Position numbers and translations under genes: made by a program
The notes under the pieces: model-generated
What the model was told of the DNA's origin: nothing
Seen by the model: the letters and a program-made list of their open reading frames with translations, nothing else
The model's database searches: none
Shown here: positions 27,132-42,446 of the stretch, in pieces
Position numbering within the stretch: position 1 is the stretch's first letter
Layout of the letters: the number at the start of each line of letters is the position of its first letter
Assembly (NCBI GenBank): GCA_964016885.1
Contig: OZ024742.1
Location: 268,770,001 to 268,834,000 of the forward strand
Length of the DNA: 64,000 bases
Origin: Eledone cirrhosa
Lineage: Eukaryota
Direction of reading: 5' to 3'

Positions 27132-27909
27132 GCTTTCCATATTATGTCGATGTTTACCGACCTTGATACAATTAAATTAAGATAAATATAGCGATAGCAT
27201 CGATTTCTTCCAAGTATTTCTGTGAGACGTGTTGGAATTAAATTAATGTTTAAACATAACTTTAATACGATTTCAAATATATATGACATGAAGAAAAGAA
27301 GAGGAAATTAACCCAAATTATTGAAATCCGTCTCTTCTTTCTCGATTAATTTAAATATCTGTCTGTTTCATTTTAAAATATATCTTTTCATAGTGCACTC
27401 TATCTTGTTAAGTATCATTTAGCAATTGATGTTGGCTTCATTGATCGTTGTCAAATTAGATTTTCTCTGTTTTTATTGTATTATTTCAAGTGACTTCTCA
27501 TAACTTGTCATTTGTTATCCTTCTGTGGGTGCTTGATGACACATAATATCTAGTTGTTTGATTAAATTAACAAACACACACGCACACACTTACACATACA
27601 CACCAACACACACACACACGCACACACACACATACACACATATATATAGATATCGATAAATACTGCTATATGATTATTTTCTCATTTTTATATTTGGCTA
27701 TGAATACAACACATTGTATGAATATAATAATATATGTTTGGGATTATTTTGCAAGATATTATTAAATACAGTGGATCAACCTTTTCACCCTGTTCATTTT
27801 AGACATATGTATGACTATAACATAAAGCGATGTAGCATTTCGTAGCATTTCATTGAAATGTTGGTTTGCATATAGCAAAATGCTATTAATAATCACACGC
27901 ATGTATATA

Positions 27910-27953
<44 letters not shown>

Positions 27954-28025
27954 AAGAAAAAGGGATGAAATCGAAAATGCAACTGAAGTCTTATTTTTTT
28001 TTTAAATATATATATTTATTTGGTT

Positions 28026-28063
28026 CCTTTACGGGTTTCGCAGTTCTTCTGCTTTTCAAAAGG
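28026..28063 (-). ncRNA. Minimal type I hammerhead (U3-A8), inverted-arm copy
   Basis: Reverse complement reads CCTT-TTGAAAA-GCAG-AAGAA-CTGC-GAAA-CCC-GTA-AAGG. Confidence 0.65.
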
Positions 28064-28100
28064 TGAGTTGAGATGGAGGGTCTGTGGTTATCTCAACTCA

Positions 28101-28138
28101 CCTTTTGAAAAGCAGAAGAACTGCGAAACCGGTAAAGG
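28101..28138 (+). ncRNA. Minimal type I hammerhead (U3-A8 core, palindromic stem III ACCGGT)
   Basis: CCTT-TTGAAAA-GCAG-AAGAA-CTGC-GAAA-CCG-GTA-AAGG; predicted cleavage after 28134. Confidence 0.75.
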
Positions 28139-28270
28139 AACCAAATAAATATATATATTTAAAAAAAAAATAAGACTTCAGTTGCATTTTCGATTTCATC
28201 CCTTTTTCTTTATACTTCCACTCGTGTAGGACACCTCGGTTATTTTTCATTTTGTAAAAAAAACCTCACT

Positions 28271-29028
<758 letters not shown>

Positions 29029-29044
29029 TATATATATATATATA

Positions 29045-30933
29045 GGAATAATTGTCGGATTCTTTGTCAACTTTGAATGTTGATCAACAGGAGTATCTCG
29101 TTTTAAACACTGGCAATAGTCTGCCATCATGACAGATTCCTAACGTCCTTGGTACCAGGTTTCCATCTCCTTGATGTCCTGATTAAATCGTTCACTTTGT
29201 TCATCGTTAACATCTCCGAGATTTTCAGGAAAACGATCACGATGACTAAAAAGATAATGCATTTTGATGCTCATATTCGCAGCAACATCACAAAAAGTTG
29301 ATACAAAGTTGGTAACAAGGTCTTTATAGTTTTCACTTTTGTGTTTCCCAAGGAAATTTTGCACACTATCTGCAAAGGCTAGCCAAGCTGATGCTTCATT
29401 TTCGCTCATCGTTTTCACGAAATTCGAGTCCTACAAGAGTGTACGGACCTGTGGTCCATCACATATCCCTGTTTTAGGTTTTTCGATCTTCAAGTCTGAA
29501 ATTACACTACATATATACTTGAAGCACTGCCCATTTTTTCAAGAGCTTTTACGAATTGCTTGATCAATCCGAGTTTGATGTGCAAAGAGGGGTTGATGAT
29601 CTTATCACGCTCAACTAAAGGTTCTTCCAATACATTGACAGCTCTACATGGAGCCATATTTTTTAGAGGCGGCCATTATTTCTTTACATAGTGGTTTACA
29701 CGGTCTCTACCGTCCCACATGCAAAGAAAGCATGGGTATTTGGTATAATAAGATTGCTGTTTCATGAGAAATTTCACCATCTTTAAGTCAACGCAGATGA
29801 CCCAATTATGATCAAGATACTGTATGTTCTCTAAAACCAACTTAATTTCTTCAAACTTTTCCCTCAGAGTTGTTTAGTGGCCGAGTGTGACAGAGCCATA
29901 CACATTTCCCTTGTGCAACAATGCGCATTTTAAACTACGCTAAGAGCTGTCTAGGAAAATAAATGTATTCCGCTGTTTTGTATTCGTCAATGTCAAGTTT
30001 ATTAAGAACCCCATTGATATCTCTGCAGTAAACCAGCTCTTCATATTTTGTGAAGAAAGAAAAGAACTATTCATGTCGACTCCGGTAAAAGTTTATACGG
30101 ACACCATTCTCTAGAATATTCTTCTCTTTCAATCGGGGAATTTTTGGGGAGGTTCAAGTCACGAACTAAATCATTCAGCTATACTTAGGTGAATAGCTGA
30201 GGTAAAGTCTCAACTGAAAAGTATTGATCTCTAGTGTCATCTTCAGGTGATGAGTCGTCTTTGGTTGAGGGTAAAGTTATCTGAAGACTGGAACAGGAAG
30301 TTCTTCACGGTGTGGAACCGGTCTAATAGCAGAGGCAAGATTAGGAAAGACAAGCGTTTGTCAATTTTTCTGGTTAATACCCTTTGAATTTAAGTTACAA
30401 AAATAGCAGTCGTCCACGTGATTATGGAGCTCCGCCATACTATTTGTAAAGCAAACCTCATATTTAGTCCATTTTCGCAAATGTTCTCTGCATTATTTGA
30501 AGACACTATGCGGTGCCCAATATTTATCTTCGTGTCCCAGTTTGACATCAAAATATGCCATATACGCTCTTTCAAGAAAATCAGTGATGTTTTTTTCGAT
30601 TTTCAGGTAATGTGTATTCTCCACAAATATAATAAAACACATTTGGAGAATTAACGCAACACTTTCTTGACGAGGATATCTTGGTCAATTTCTATTGCTT
30701 AGTTCACCACAACATCTAAAAAGTATGGAAAAAGAAAAAATACTTAGAATTAGAAAAGGTCACTAACACTGCGTACTGGACGTACACACATACATAGTGA
30801 CTATAGGGATGTTCAATAACTTAAAAACTAAATACGATAGGTCAGAAAGAAGATTATACTTGGATTATGCAGACGGATTTTTGTATAGGAATGATGTCTA
30901 TTTCTTAAACACCAAAAACCTTGTAGACCAGTG
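29045..30933 (-). mobile_element. Decayed Chapaev3 (CMC) DNA transposon; 5' terminus present, 3' end lost at (TA)n
   Basis: QNFLGKHKSENY...NMSIKMHYLFSHRDRFPENLGDVNDEQSERFNQDIKEME..YQGR at 29140-29418; N-terminal C.NSPNVF.YICG near 30620-30660; terminus CACTG at 30929-30933. Confidence 0.85.
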
Positions 30934-31232
30934 CAATATATAGATTCCAGAGCTAGAATGGTATTCAATACATTGGTAAAGTGAAGACATGTTTTTAAAT
31001 TTCAAATATAAATTACTTCTATAGGACTATCATGGTTGAATTTGAATGAAAAAGTTTTAGTCCTGTATTTATAACCATAAACCTTAAGCCATAAACTTAA
31101 AAGACAAATAGAGTATTATGGCTATTCAGTCTGATTGAATACTGCCGTATGGTTAATTCCACAAACATTTGCAAACCATACTTGAGGACGCGCATTTCAC
31201 TCGAGAGATTTTTTCGATATAACCTCCCTACT

Positions 31233-31279
<47 letters not shown>

Positions 31280-31282
<3 letters not shown>

Positions 31283-32502
31283 TATAAAGAAATAGTAAAA
31301 CGGAAAAAATACAGATGAAGATGCTGGAGGGATTTTTTCAGTATAATATCAAAACCTTATTTATAAAGTAGGATTTCCGCATTGAATTGTGTAGCAGTTT
31401 CAGCTTTATATGCTTTTTCAACGAAAGAAGTGTATAGTGCAGTTAAATTGCATGATTATAGGATTAATAATAAAATGGAGAAAACAATGTTTATATCAAC
31501 TTTTCCTTCGTTCTCTGTTGGTGTTGACCATCAGAGGCGGTAGCAGTTTCAATTGTTGCCTTCGACTGGTATTAGTGGGGGGAGAAGGGGAAATAAAGGA
31601 ATAAGGATGAGAAGAAGAAGACGAAGGAGAGAGAGGCGATGAAGAGGAAGGAGAGGGAGGGAAAGGGGTTAGGTGTGGTAGTAATAGCAGAGCTATGGTA
31701 AAGAAGGGGGAGACGGAATGGGTGTATGTATGTAAAAACTAAAAACTTTTTTTTTCCATTTTATTATTATTCGTATAAATATGCAATTTATCTGCACTAT
31801 ACACTTTGTTGTTGAAGAAGCATATACATCTAAATGTGGAAATCTCTACTTCATAAATAAATGTTTTGATATTTTACTGAAAAATCCCTCTAGCATTTCT
31901 TACCGTATTTTATTTTATTTTTCCTAATTGTTTATATACATCAACTTCTGTGTCAATTTTCTATATTCCATATATTATACATCACACGAGATACGGAAAA
32001 TGCCGACAAAAAACAGACACAACGATCATTAAGATAAATGAAGCGATATACAATGAACTGCAGGAAATAAACACTAACCTGTCAGTACTCGTTAACAAGC
32101 TGGATTCGACAAATGAGAAAACTGATCCCAAATATAATCCTCCGAATTCGGCGTAAAACTTCAAAACCTATGTGAAATGATCAAAACATACTTTACGAAT
32201 AACACAAACAAACGAGGAATCAATGAAAAAAAAAAACATATAGTACCACAATGGGACACACCATTCAGAGACAGACAATTCTCCTTTTGGAAGATGATCC
32301 AAAACAACAACAAAGCGGATATTTATGAAAAATGGCTCAATTCATCCCTATTAAATCTTCCCCGCAAAGTACAGATTAAACCCATTCCAGATGAACCCGA
32401 ATCACAAAGACGCTTAGGAAAAAATGGCACTGGAACAAATGAAGACAGAAATTGAACTTCTAAAATTGAAAGATCAGACAAATGAGTATAAAATAAAATA
32501 AA

Positions 32503-32590
<88 letters not shown>

Positions 32591-34500
32591 TATAGTGTAG
32601 GTGATTCAGTGAATTGCTGGTGGTGGTACCACAACAAGCACTCTATGCACTGAGAGAGTGTATATATTAAAAAAAAAACAAGCTTCGTTTTCATGTATTA
32701 GATTTCTATGAAACACTATATTTTTTATCGCATCACCAGTCTGAAGAGCAGACCGATAATGGTGTCGGGTCCATAACTCCTATGGGTGACCCAGAGCTAA
32801 AATTAACAAAAATCTGAAGGCCCCCAAGCTAGAAAAGATCTCTAAACTATGGATAGAGGATTGCAACAAGGGGGAACTAAATTCCCTTCAACGCTGGGAA
32901 AAAAGTGAATCTTGGTTTTTAAACTATGGAACTATCTTTCAAACAGCATACGCTTCCAACAACCTCTTCATAAAAACAAAAATCCTAAACACCACTCAGA
33001 CACAGTTCAACAACCAACAAAAAAACATAACTTTCTCCCCTACCCAAAAAAAGAAGGCAACACCTAACCCTTACCTCTTAACTTAACCACAAAGCAACTA
33101 CGTGGACACCACTGCAACTTACAAAGAAATAAGAAAATATCACCTCCAAGATAGACATTACAACCGCCCTCCCACAAGGAGATACCAAGGAAACTTCCAT
33201 TCTTATAGCCCCGCAAATACCATACATAACAAACCCAAGCCACTCGATATATTCATCAACGAAGGGTCCATAAAATACAGCAACCACATTGTTACAACAT
33301 CCACCCCAACCTCAACACACAGCAAACCCAAACCAATCGATATATTCAACAACGAAGGGCTTCTAAAACACAACTACCACACATGATATATAGGGACACA
33401 CAACCTACACTACAGATAGGGACGCCCTATTCAACCCACAACCACGAACCCTAATCGTCAATAACAACAGCAGAGAACAACATAACCACAGGAGTCAACT
33501 CCACATCAAGAACCGACACAACTACCTTAATCATCTTTTAGACCCAGTACACAGACACGGGGAAACGAGATGACAGAAGACATACAGGAGAGACCAAATG
33601 TAATAAGTCATACATTTAGCCACTAAAGAACTAACAACAGACCAAATCAACATACTCTCCAAAGGGCTGAAACTTACACCGAACCTCCAACGTGAAAACT
33701 ACTCCGAAATGAAGGAAGACATTGCAGAATTCTGTAGAAAATTAAGACGTAGCGTGGAACTACACGACCAGTACAATGAGGACGATTCACTAGCTAGAAA
33801 TAGAAGCAACTACACCCCATCAAAAGGTAAGAATCTATTCCTCGACCAATTCTGCGAACACATTACAAATTACCCATATCAATTACACAGACAAAAACAC
33901 AGGCCAAACTTCAAGAAGAAAGAATGGGATGAGCTGAACAGATTAAAGAATGATAAAACTATAACAATCAAAGAAGTGGATAAAGGGAGTGCAGTAGTTC
34001 TTATGGCGACATAAAATTATACAACCCTAGTGCTCTCAACTTTAGAAGACGAAGCATACTACGAATATGCTCAACACTACAGTCAACAGAAAATAATGAG
34101 AAACCTAAAAACTCTCATAACGCTTTACAGGCAACGACTTACCGACAAGGAATACAACTCTATCACTGACTTCAAAAGCAAACCCAACCTTTTCTACGGT
34201 ATCCCTAAGATACACAAAAGCGAAAAAATAAATAAGGCATAAAAGGAAACCACACACATATTCTTCAATGTCCCTCCTCTTAGTGACTTCAAATTAAGGC
34301 TCCGCTTGTGAAACCCATCGCCTCAGCAACCTCTTTGATATCCTGTTAAAACCATTCCCGAAACACATTAAAAGCTACATAAGGGAGGACCTTGATATGC
34401 TCAACCACCTCCCCCAAATACTTAATAATTAATGAACATAACCTACTAGTATCTTTTGATGTAGTCAAACTATATTGCAATATCCCACACAACCTTAAAC
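31280..34500 (+). mobile_element. Decayed, 3'-truncated PLE with inverted pseudo-LTR at its 5' end, interrupted at about 32500-32800
   Basis: Inverted similarity of about 31290-31405 vs 31810-31915; RT relics EFCRKLR, ITIKEVDKGSAVVLM, FYGIPKIHKS, LVSFDVVKLY. Confidence 0.8.
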
Positions 34501-34544
34501 CTGAAACACAACCTGAAACTAAAAAAATCAATCAGATTTATTTT

Positions 34545-35220
34545 AATTAATATATGATAAACACTAATATAAGTGTTTGTATTGCAAATGACCAAGTTAG
34601 CTAGATTGAAAAATACTAATTAAATTAATACAGTTTGCCTGTCTCGATTTAAAATAATAAATCAATAAAAACAAACCCATATTGGCAACAGCCGTGATAC
34701 CTGGACAAATTTAAATTTCAAAACCCAAACCTGTTCCTCAGACAAATTTAAATTTCAAAACCCAAATAAGTTTCGCAACGATAAGCTAAATTTTGGTCCC
34801 ATAAAAACGGCTGTTATTTCTAGCAGCACGAGTATAGGACTAGCTAGGCGCTGAAAAGCCATGTGCGTTAAACACTTGCTTATCAGTCCTTGTAAGTATT
34901 TTGATGTGAAACATACAATTTTTTCTGGATACCTGCCGAAGAGCACAGAAATTGAATTTTTCACTTTTTCACTTATCGTTGCGAAACTTATTTGGATTTT
35001 GAAATTTAAATTTGTCTGCGGAACAGGTTTGGGTTTTGAAATTTAAATTTGTCCTGGTATCACGGCTGTTGCCAATATGGGTTTGTTTTTATTGATTTAT
35101 TATTTTAAATCGAGACAGGCAAACTCTATTAATTGAGTTAGTATTTTTCAATCTAGCTAACTTGGTCATTTGCAATACAAACACTTATATAATTGTATTA
35201 GTGTTTATCATATATTAATT
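34545..35220. mobile_element. Foldback/MITE-like element with about 240-bp inverted arms (34545-34785 / 34972-35220)
   Basis: Arms are reverse complements with few differences; each has two copies of GACAAATTTAAATTTCAAAA; 186-bp non-coding spacer. Confidence 0.8.
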
Positions 35221-35368
35221 TGTATTAACTTGTATTTCACGGCTCAGAAATACATTTTTCTTTGAGCTATTTAATTGTAAAAGACTGTTTGGGTTTATAA
35301 CTCTATATATATATATATATATAAAGTAAAATAAAAAGTCAAATGTTTAACAATTAGCTTCGTTTATT

Positions 35369-35423
35369 ACTGCTATATATATTTCGGTGACAGCCATCTT
35401 TGGCAGTGACCTCTTCAGGCAGT
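35369..35423 (-). ncRNA. Type I hammerhead with canonical core
   Basis: Reverse complement reads ACTGC-CTGAAGA-GGTCACTGCCA-AAGA-TGGCTGTCACC-GAAA-TATAT-ATA-GCAGT, followed by AATAAA and (TA)n. Confidence 0.75.
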
Positions 35424-35960
35424 CCAAATTAGTGTGGTATAGACAAGTACATATGTTGTTGAGGTGTATAATTTTGTCAATACTCTGACATGCCCAGTCC
35501 CTGGTTGGGTTGTTATTTCACTGAGGAACTGGAATCATATGAATTCAAACAATCGAATTTCAGTTTCAAATGGCCTCTTTTCCTCTCATTCGTCAGTTGT
35601 GAGAATATTCCTCATTCAAAAGTCTATAGAAATTCTTTCTGAGGCAAGCCAATCTGTAGTTGTTGTTCTTGTTATTGTTAGGTACATCTGACCTCAATTC
35701 TTGTGTTGGTAGTGTTGTTATTGTTGGAGTTAGCTTAAAAAATTGATAAAGTGGTAGAAGGTACAAGGTGGTAAAGGAACAAAATAACAAAAAAATTTCA
35801 AACTTCCCATTGGTCAGTTTTGAGAGCATTGTTCAGTCAGAAGTCCATAAAAATTCTACAGAGGGGTGGTAAGGTTGACTGAAAGCGTTTATAGTGTTTG
35901 CTTAAAAGCAGTTACTATATTTCCGTGGTTACTCTACCGTGAGGGAGTTTGAAAAATAAT

Positions 35961-36044
35961 TGTTTCTACTTTTGGCACAAGGCCAGCAATTTTACCAGTG
36001 TATTACTGGTACTTTATTTTATCGACCCCTTAAGGATGAAAGGT
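35961..36044 (-). mobile_element. SINE 3' fragment
   Basis: TGTTTCTACTTTTGGCACAAGGCCAGCAAT...AAGGATGAAAGG. Confidence 0.8.
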
Positions 36045-36638
36045 ACGGAGAGGTACGCATATATATGTGCATACATACATACACATGTAAATATACACAT
36101 ATTTTTTTTCACAAGTATGTTTGTGTGTGTGCTGTCGACCTTAACCAGTGTTGCTCCATGATTACCAGAGAAAACATAATCGAAATAATTAAATTGACTT
36201 GATATCAGAGCTATGTAACACATTTTAAATTAAGAAGAAATAGTGGACACAGATATATACCTATTTTTTTTATTCAATGTCCCGACTGTACAGTTTCGCT
36301 GGTCAGTATGCAACAATCCTACATCATAGAGATGCAGCATTGTTGTGAGGTAAGCCAGCTTTTCAAGGGAACTCGTCAGGGAAAGAGCGCTTCCAGACAC
36401 GTCCGTAGCAAGCGAGAAAATCTCAAAAAGGCGGAGGGAGATATTATCACGTGATATACCGGTCAAGAAAAGGGGTTAAATACCTTGTAGCAGAGAAAAA
36501 TATCTTAGAAGGCGGAAGGAGATATTGATATTATTCCGAGGCTACAGAGGGGTGGTAAGGTTGACTGAAAGTGTTTATAGTGTTTGCTTAAAAGCAGTTA
36601 CTATGTATGTATGTATGTACACATATGTGCGTACCTCT

Positions 36639-36698
<60 letters not shown>

Positions 36699-37383
36699 TT
36701 AGTTATACTATTTATGGTTATGTAAATACAAAACCTTATGCAGTTATAAGTATTTTACACACACCCTAAATAGTGGTAGGCAGTAATGTATTACTACCTT
36801 ATTACCAGTAAGTTAAGTAGCTCAATGTAAAAACATCAGATGATTTACTGGATTGTCGTGGATTATGTGAAGGGCATATAACCGAAAAATACACTCCCCT
36901 GACCATGAAAATGCCGAAGTACATGAAATACTTGACTTCCCTGCGCTGTGCATCTCCAATAATTTTAACACTTTTAATGCTTGCACTATTTTTAATGCTT
37001 ATAACATTTCTCCACACACAGACTATATCAATCATATAAAGAATTTGCCACCAGATCTACCAACCTAACACTCTTGTTTACCTACCTAAGTGCCTCTACC
37101 ACACATATCTCTCTGCCACACTATATAAACAAGATGCACATGCGTGCCACACATATAACATTTGCACTATATAACCGCTTACCTTCATGTTGTATTTTAA
37201 CCTGTATTTTGATTTTTGATTGTACCTCTTAATATAAATGTAATCTCGAAGTGTGTACTGCCACTCTAAATTCTGTAATGAACGTTAACCCACAATGTTT
37301 GAATATGTATCAATGTTTGAATATGTATCGGTATGTCTCTCGGCTGAAAAGGAGGTCATATAACTGTCCATGCATTAATAAAT

Positions 37384-37430
37384 TGCTCCGAAGAATCCAA
37401 ACCTCGGTTTGGAGGAAACAGCTGTAAGCA
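37384..37430 (+). ncRNA. Degenerate type I hammerhead (U4>C)
   Basis: TGCT-CCGAAGA-A-TCCAAACC-TC-GGTTTGGA-G-GAAA-CAGCT-GTA-AGCA; palindromic stem III ACAGCTGT; AATAAA and (TA)n downstream. Confidence 0.65.
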
Positions 37431-37468
37431 CAATAAAGTTTTGAACAGTTCTTTGATTCTTATATTTC

Positions 37469-37582
<114 letters not shown>

Positions 37583-39541
37583 TATTGTCTATAACTTATT
37601 CTGATAGCCGGATAGCCGGTGACTTGTGAGTATTCCTGCTCCCGCTTGGGCAGTTATTTCTAACGCCGCAGGTGAATAGTGATGTGTCCATCGCCTATCC
37701 AAATCTATGATTCCAGACTCAATTAAGGTTAATGCGGAAAAACGGACTATATCTATTTACTGCTCCTTCCCTGTAAGAGTTGTGATACGTTGTTCCAATT
37801 GTTATGGTTTTTGTCCTTCCGAAACCTCTGTGGGTTCTCGTGATACACAATCTGTGTGAATCGCTACCTCCCAGGTATTTATTGTATTAGATCCCCAGTT
37901 TTTACAGTATTAAATAGTGACTGCAACATATTTTTTTCGGATGAACCTATCCTTTCTTAACCCTTTCGAAGGAAGTTATGGTATGATTCTTTTTGTTACC
38001 TCTTATCATATTCCTGTTTTGGTGGTCTTTATCAGTCCAGTCTTCAATATTGTTCTTTTCCTAGATCCGCCAATAAATTAGGCTTTTTTAGAGGCGTGTA
38101 CACCCCTCGTTACAGCTACATCATTGCGTTGTGAGAGTTTCTTCGGGAGCTAAATGTGTCACCCATTGCCCCATCTCCCATAGTATTTTTCCACTGTTGA
38201 TCTTGGGTTACGTATTCGCCCTGCAGCTGTCAGCTTTGATCGCAAATAATCATCATATATAGCGGTTTCATCGCTATCCGCCACGAGCGACCTATTTTCC
38301 AGTGTTTACATAAATATCTATCTATCTATATATATAGACATCTCTCACTCGCAACCCTAGATTCCTATCGCTTTCTTTTGATCATTAACATTTTCTTTTA
38401 CAACAAATACATGCCGACTATATATTATCACTCCACTTTTCCCTTCACTACTCTGTATACACACATACACACCCTTATATTAACATACGTTTGCTAATAG
38501 CAGCTTCGTTCGGACGTATCACAACCCCAAACACACACACACATTCTTACGCACGTACACAATTATAGGTCTTTTTATAAAACGGTTTTTTTTTTCCATT
38601 TCAGGTAGACATGCTCTATCATCCAATTTTCTAAAATAAAAATCATACACAAAACGCCAGCACCAACATTTTTGCAAGAGATGTCAACATGAATGGACCT
38701 GTTATTTGTATCTAAAGACATTTTTTTCCAATTCCAACCCGCCCGTCCCCTCAATCTTATTTCTCATTCTTTCTTCTGAAGAAGGACTAGCGTTTGAAAC
38801 TTTAAGACCCTCTTCCTGCTATATTAAGCGTTAACCTAATATATCCATTCCACATACTGTACCGATTGTGTTGTTATTTCTGTTTACCTTTTACATATAT
38901 ATATATACATATGTGTGTGTGTAGGTGTGTGTGCGTGCATGTGTGTGTGGATGTGTGTGTATGTATGTGTGCGTATGTGTGTGTGTGTATGTGTGCATCA
39001 TTGTCTCTAGATGTATATCTACTTTTGTGTTTATAGCAGGTAATACATATTCTTTTGTTTGGAAAAATACATTTCTTTACGTGCTCCAATTACGGGCCAT
39101 CCGCTTTACCGTGTTAAATGCATATGTGATATCCGCGAAAATAATATTCCCTGAATTCTTCTGTTATATACATTTCCATTTCATATGAGGTATATAAAAC
39201 AATATACCCATAATTATTCTTCAAATTCTAAACCCACATCGAAATATATTTACACCGCCACTCTGATTCTCTATCTGGAGCAACCTTTTTGCGTGATACA
39301 TTTCCACATTTATTTCTAGAATACTTTCTAATATGGAGGCGATACAAGCATCGTTTAAATCATATCACTTAAAGAGACAATCAGCATTCAGATATTGGAA
39401 ACATGAAATGAGTTTGTTTAATTTTTTGTCCCAACATTTCGTCCCAACATATGCATTCTTCTATCAATATAGAATAATGTTTTAGCTGTCCATGTAATGA
39501 TGTTTTAGCTGTTCATGTAATTTGCTTAATTCTATAATAAT

Positions 39542-39647
39542 TGTTTCTACTTTTGGCACAAGGCCAGCAATTAACCAGTGTATAACTGGTACTTTATTTT
39601 ATCGACCCCGTAAGGATGAAAGGCAAAGTTCCCCTTAGCGGGATTTG
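39542..39647 (-). mobile_element. SINE 3' two-thirds
   Basis: Matches the SINE from the tail to the B-box remnant. Confidence 0.82.
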
Positions 39648-40850
39648 AGAGAAGTCGAATCCTATCATGAACAGCAAAGTAAATTGATGTTTCATGCCCA
39701 GGAACGCCACCGTGTCTCCTGCTCAAAAATCGAATTTTGCATTCAAATCTTTTCTTAGAGTGAAATCAGTGCCATAAACACCTTTTCTAAATATTCATTT
39801 ATTCAATAATATATCACTATGTAGATAAACCAAAAAATGTAGAAACTCTTCCAATTAATTCATGTTGGTTAGCTGAATACAACACACTAATGCGAATACA
39901 ACACACTAATGCGATAGGCAAAGGCTAAGTAAAAACAATTAGCAACAGAAATATTTTTGAGCTCCTCCATGAAGCTCCATTAAAAAGAAAATTATTTATT
40001 TACTAAAATTGTTTGCGCTCCAAGTGAATTGCCACTAATATATTCGTCTCAAACGTTTAGCTGACAAGTATCTTCATTTATGGTGGAAATACTTTTACTT
40101 TCAAAGGAATAATTAAGCTCGTTTTATAATGCTTCAAAACGAAAAAGATGTTACAATGCATACACCACACTTTTATTATCTTCTATAGTGGCTCTTGTCT
40201 TATGTAAACAAAATGTTTCACTTCAAATTTTAACTTAATAGTTTCAATTCTTCATCATAATAAGTATGATATGTATAAAATAATGCGCATTAATAGAAAT
40301 TGCACGGATACCATGCAAATGGAATTTTATAATTTTATAGTTTCCTGGGATTGCTGATACTTCTCAATCAAACATTGTCACTAAATAACTGCTTGATGCT
40401 GTCCCTTCATGGTAGAGACTAATACTTTCACATTAGTTTATGGGAGACATGAAAACATTATCAACCATCATTATCATATTTGCGATTCCAGTGATAGTTT
40501 CACAGCATATTCAATTCTTTTAGATAATCTGCTCTTTCCCTGTGTTCTATTACCATTAGTTAACATTAGTTACCAGCGTACGTCGCCCACTTGTCAATAA
40601 TTCAGCAAAATTAGATAATCCATATGTAATTACTAATTAAGTTCTCATATTTCACTAGAGATCTGATAAGGATATTAAATATCATTCATTATATATTTAA
40701 ATTTACTGACATCGACGCAGATCTATGGTTTGAAACATAAACATACCGTTAATATAATTTAATTCTGAACATTTTAAACCGTTTCGTCGCAATATCTCTC
40801 ATTCTCAATCTTTCAATATCAATATGTATGAGTCTCTTTCTCTTTCTCTC

Positions 40851-40957
<107 letters not shown>

Positions 40958-41120
40958 CATTAAGAGTAGTTAAGACTGGGGTTAATTTATAGTTGATGTA
41001 TTGTATGATATATAATTCGCGATTATGCATGTGACTTCCTCAGGTGGTCATACAATCAGAGTTATACATAGGCAATCATGGGGATATATCGCTGCCATGT
41101 GTTACCATACATTTCTGATT

Positions 41121-41204
<84 letters not shown>

Positions 41205-41209
41205 TAGTA

Positions 41210-41835
41210 CATTTAACATGACCAATTTCAAATCTTTTCTTCGCCAGTTCCATTCCACTCTCAAACGCTTCCTACAATCTCTTCCCGCTATTTGCATCCA
41301 GTCTTCCGTGCATCTCTCCAACCTCATCTTCTCCAAAATAAAATACAATAGTCAGGTCCCATTTTTAAGTCGCTGTCTCCATGTATACCCCAATGTTTCT
41401 CCCTCAAGTTCCAGCGACCACTTACTCTGCTCTCACCACCGAGCCCATCTTTACCCGCTCATATGGCTTCCCGCTTCATTCCACGTGGACATCCCCACAC
41501 GCTGATCCAATCTGCTCTCACCCACGCCCATGAAACCGACTGTACCAAAGCTCTCTCCACTCACCAACTCTCACCCAACACCTGCCATCTGTTTCCTCTT
41601 ACGTAACACACCATCATCTTACCACTCCGACGACATATACTCTGTTTCTTCCGTACCCTCTCTTCTGACTCCGTTCCTCCTTGTTCTTTTCCTAACACAC
41701 ATATTACCGCATTTAAGCGCGACCGTAACCTACGCAACTTCCTGTTACGTAGTTCCTTCTCGTCCTCTCCTACGATTCCACTCGGCTATCATCTTTGTAC
41801 TCGTCCCCGCTGCAACACTTGTCGTTTCATTTCTA
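41210..41835 (+). mobile_element. Decayed PLE fragment (RT thumb to zinc finger)
   Basis: [17 protein letters not shown], and CTRPRCNTCRF near 41795-41830. Confidence 0.55.
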
Positions 41836-42356
41836 TTTTCCATCTCAGATAGATGCGCTCCATCATCCACTTTTCTAAAAAAATATATCATGCACAAAAC
41901 GCCAGCATCAACAGTTTTCCAAGAGATGTCAACATTAATAGACCTGTCATTTTTATCTAAAGACATTGTTTTCCAATTCCACCTCACCAATCGCTTCAAT
42001 CCATCTCTGCAGTAGGTGGGTCCGGGATTGGAGCAGTATTGATCGGTGGTGTGTTCTTACGTAGGTTCCGGCGTGCTTATGGGGGCAGTTACGAAATAGT
42101 TCCAGTCTCATATTGACCATTAATGGGTACCTTGGAAACATCTCTATGATCTTAGATGCACACTAGTGACATGCTTAAGATCATCCCCTGTAGAGGAGTG
42201 CAGATCAAACCTTGGACCAAAAGAGAGAAAATTCGGTGTTGTTCCTTTTCAGTCTCCCGATAAGTTCAGAGAGGGGTGTATTCTTTTTTAATCTCGTTTT
42301 TAGAATGAATGCCAATGATTTTCTCAACGCTTTACACACACAGACACACACACACA

Positions 42357-42446
<90 letters not shown>

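Larger units (their letters stand above)
27952..28275 (+). mobile_element. ORF-less PLE-derived cassette with inverted pseudo-LTR arms (about 27952-28074 / 28090-28212), in (TA)n
   Basis: Near-perfect inverted repeat of about 120 bp, one hammerhead per arm, AATAAA after the ribozyme, (TA)n on both sides. Confidence 0.8.

Noticed and set aside
38772-38808. Additional weak hammerhead-like strings (also near 31812 and 41010-41045)
   Set aside because: The core or helices are too decayed to call individually.
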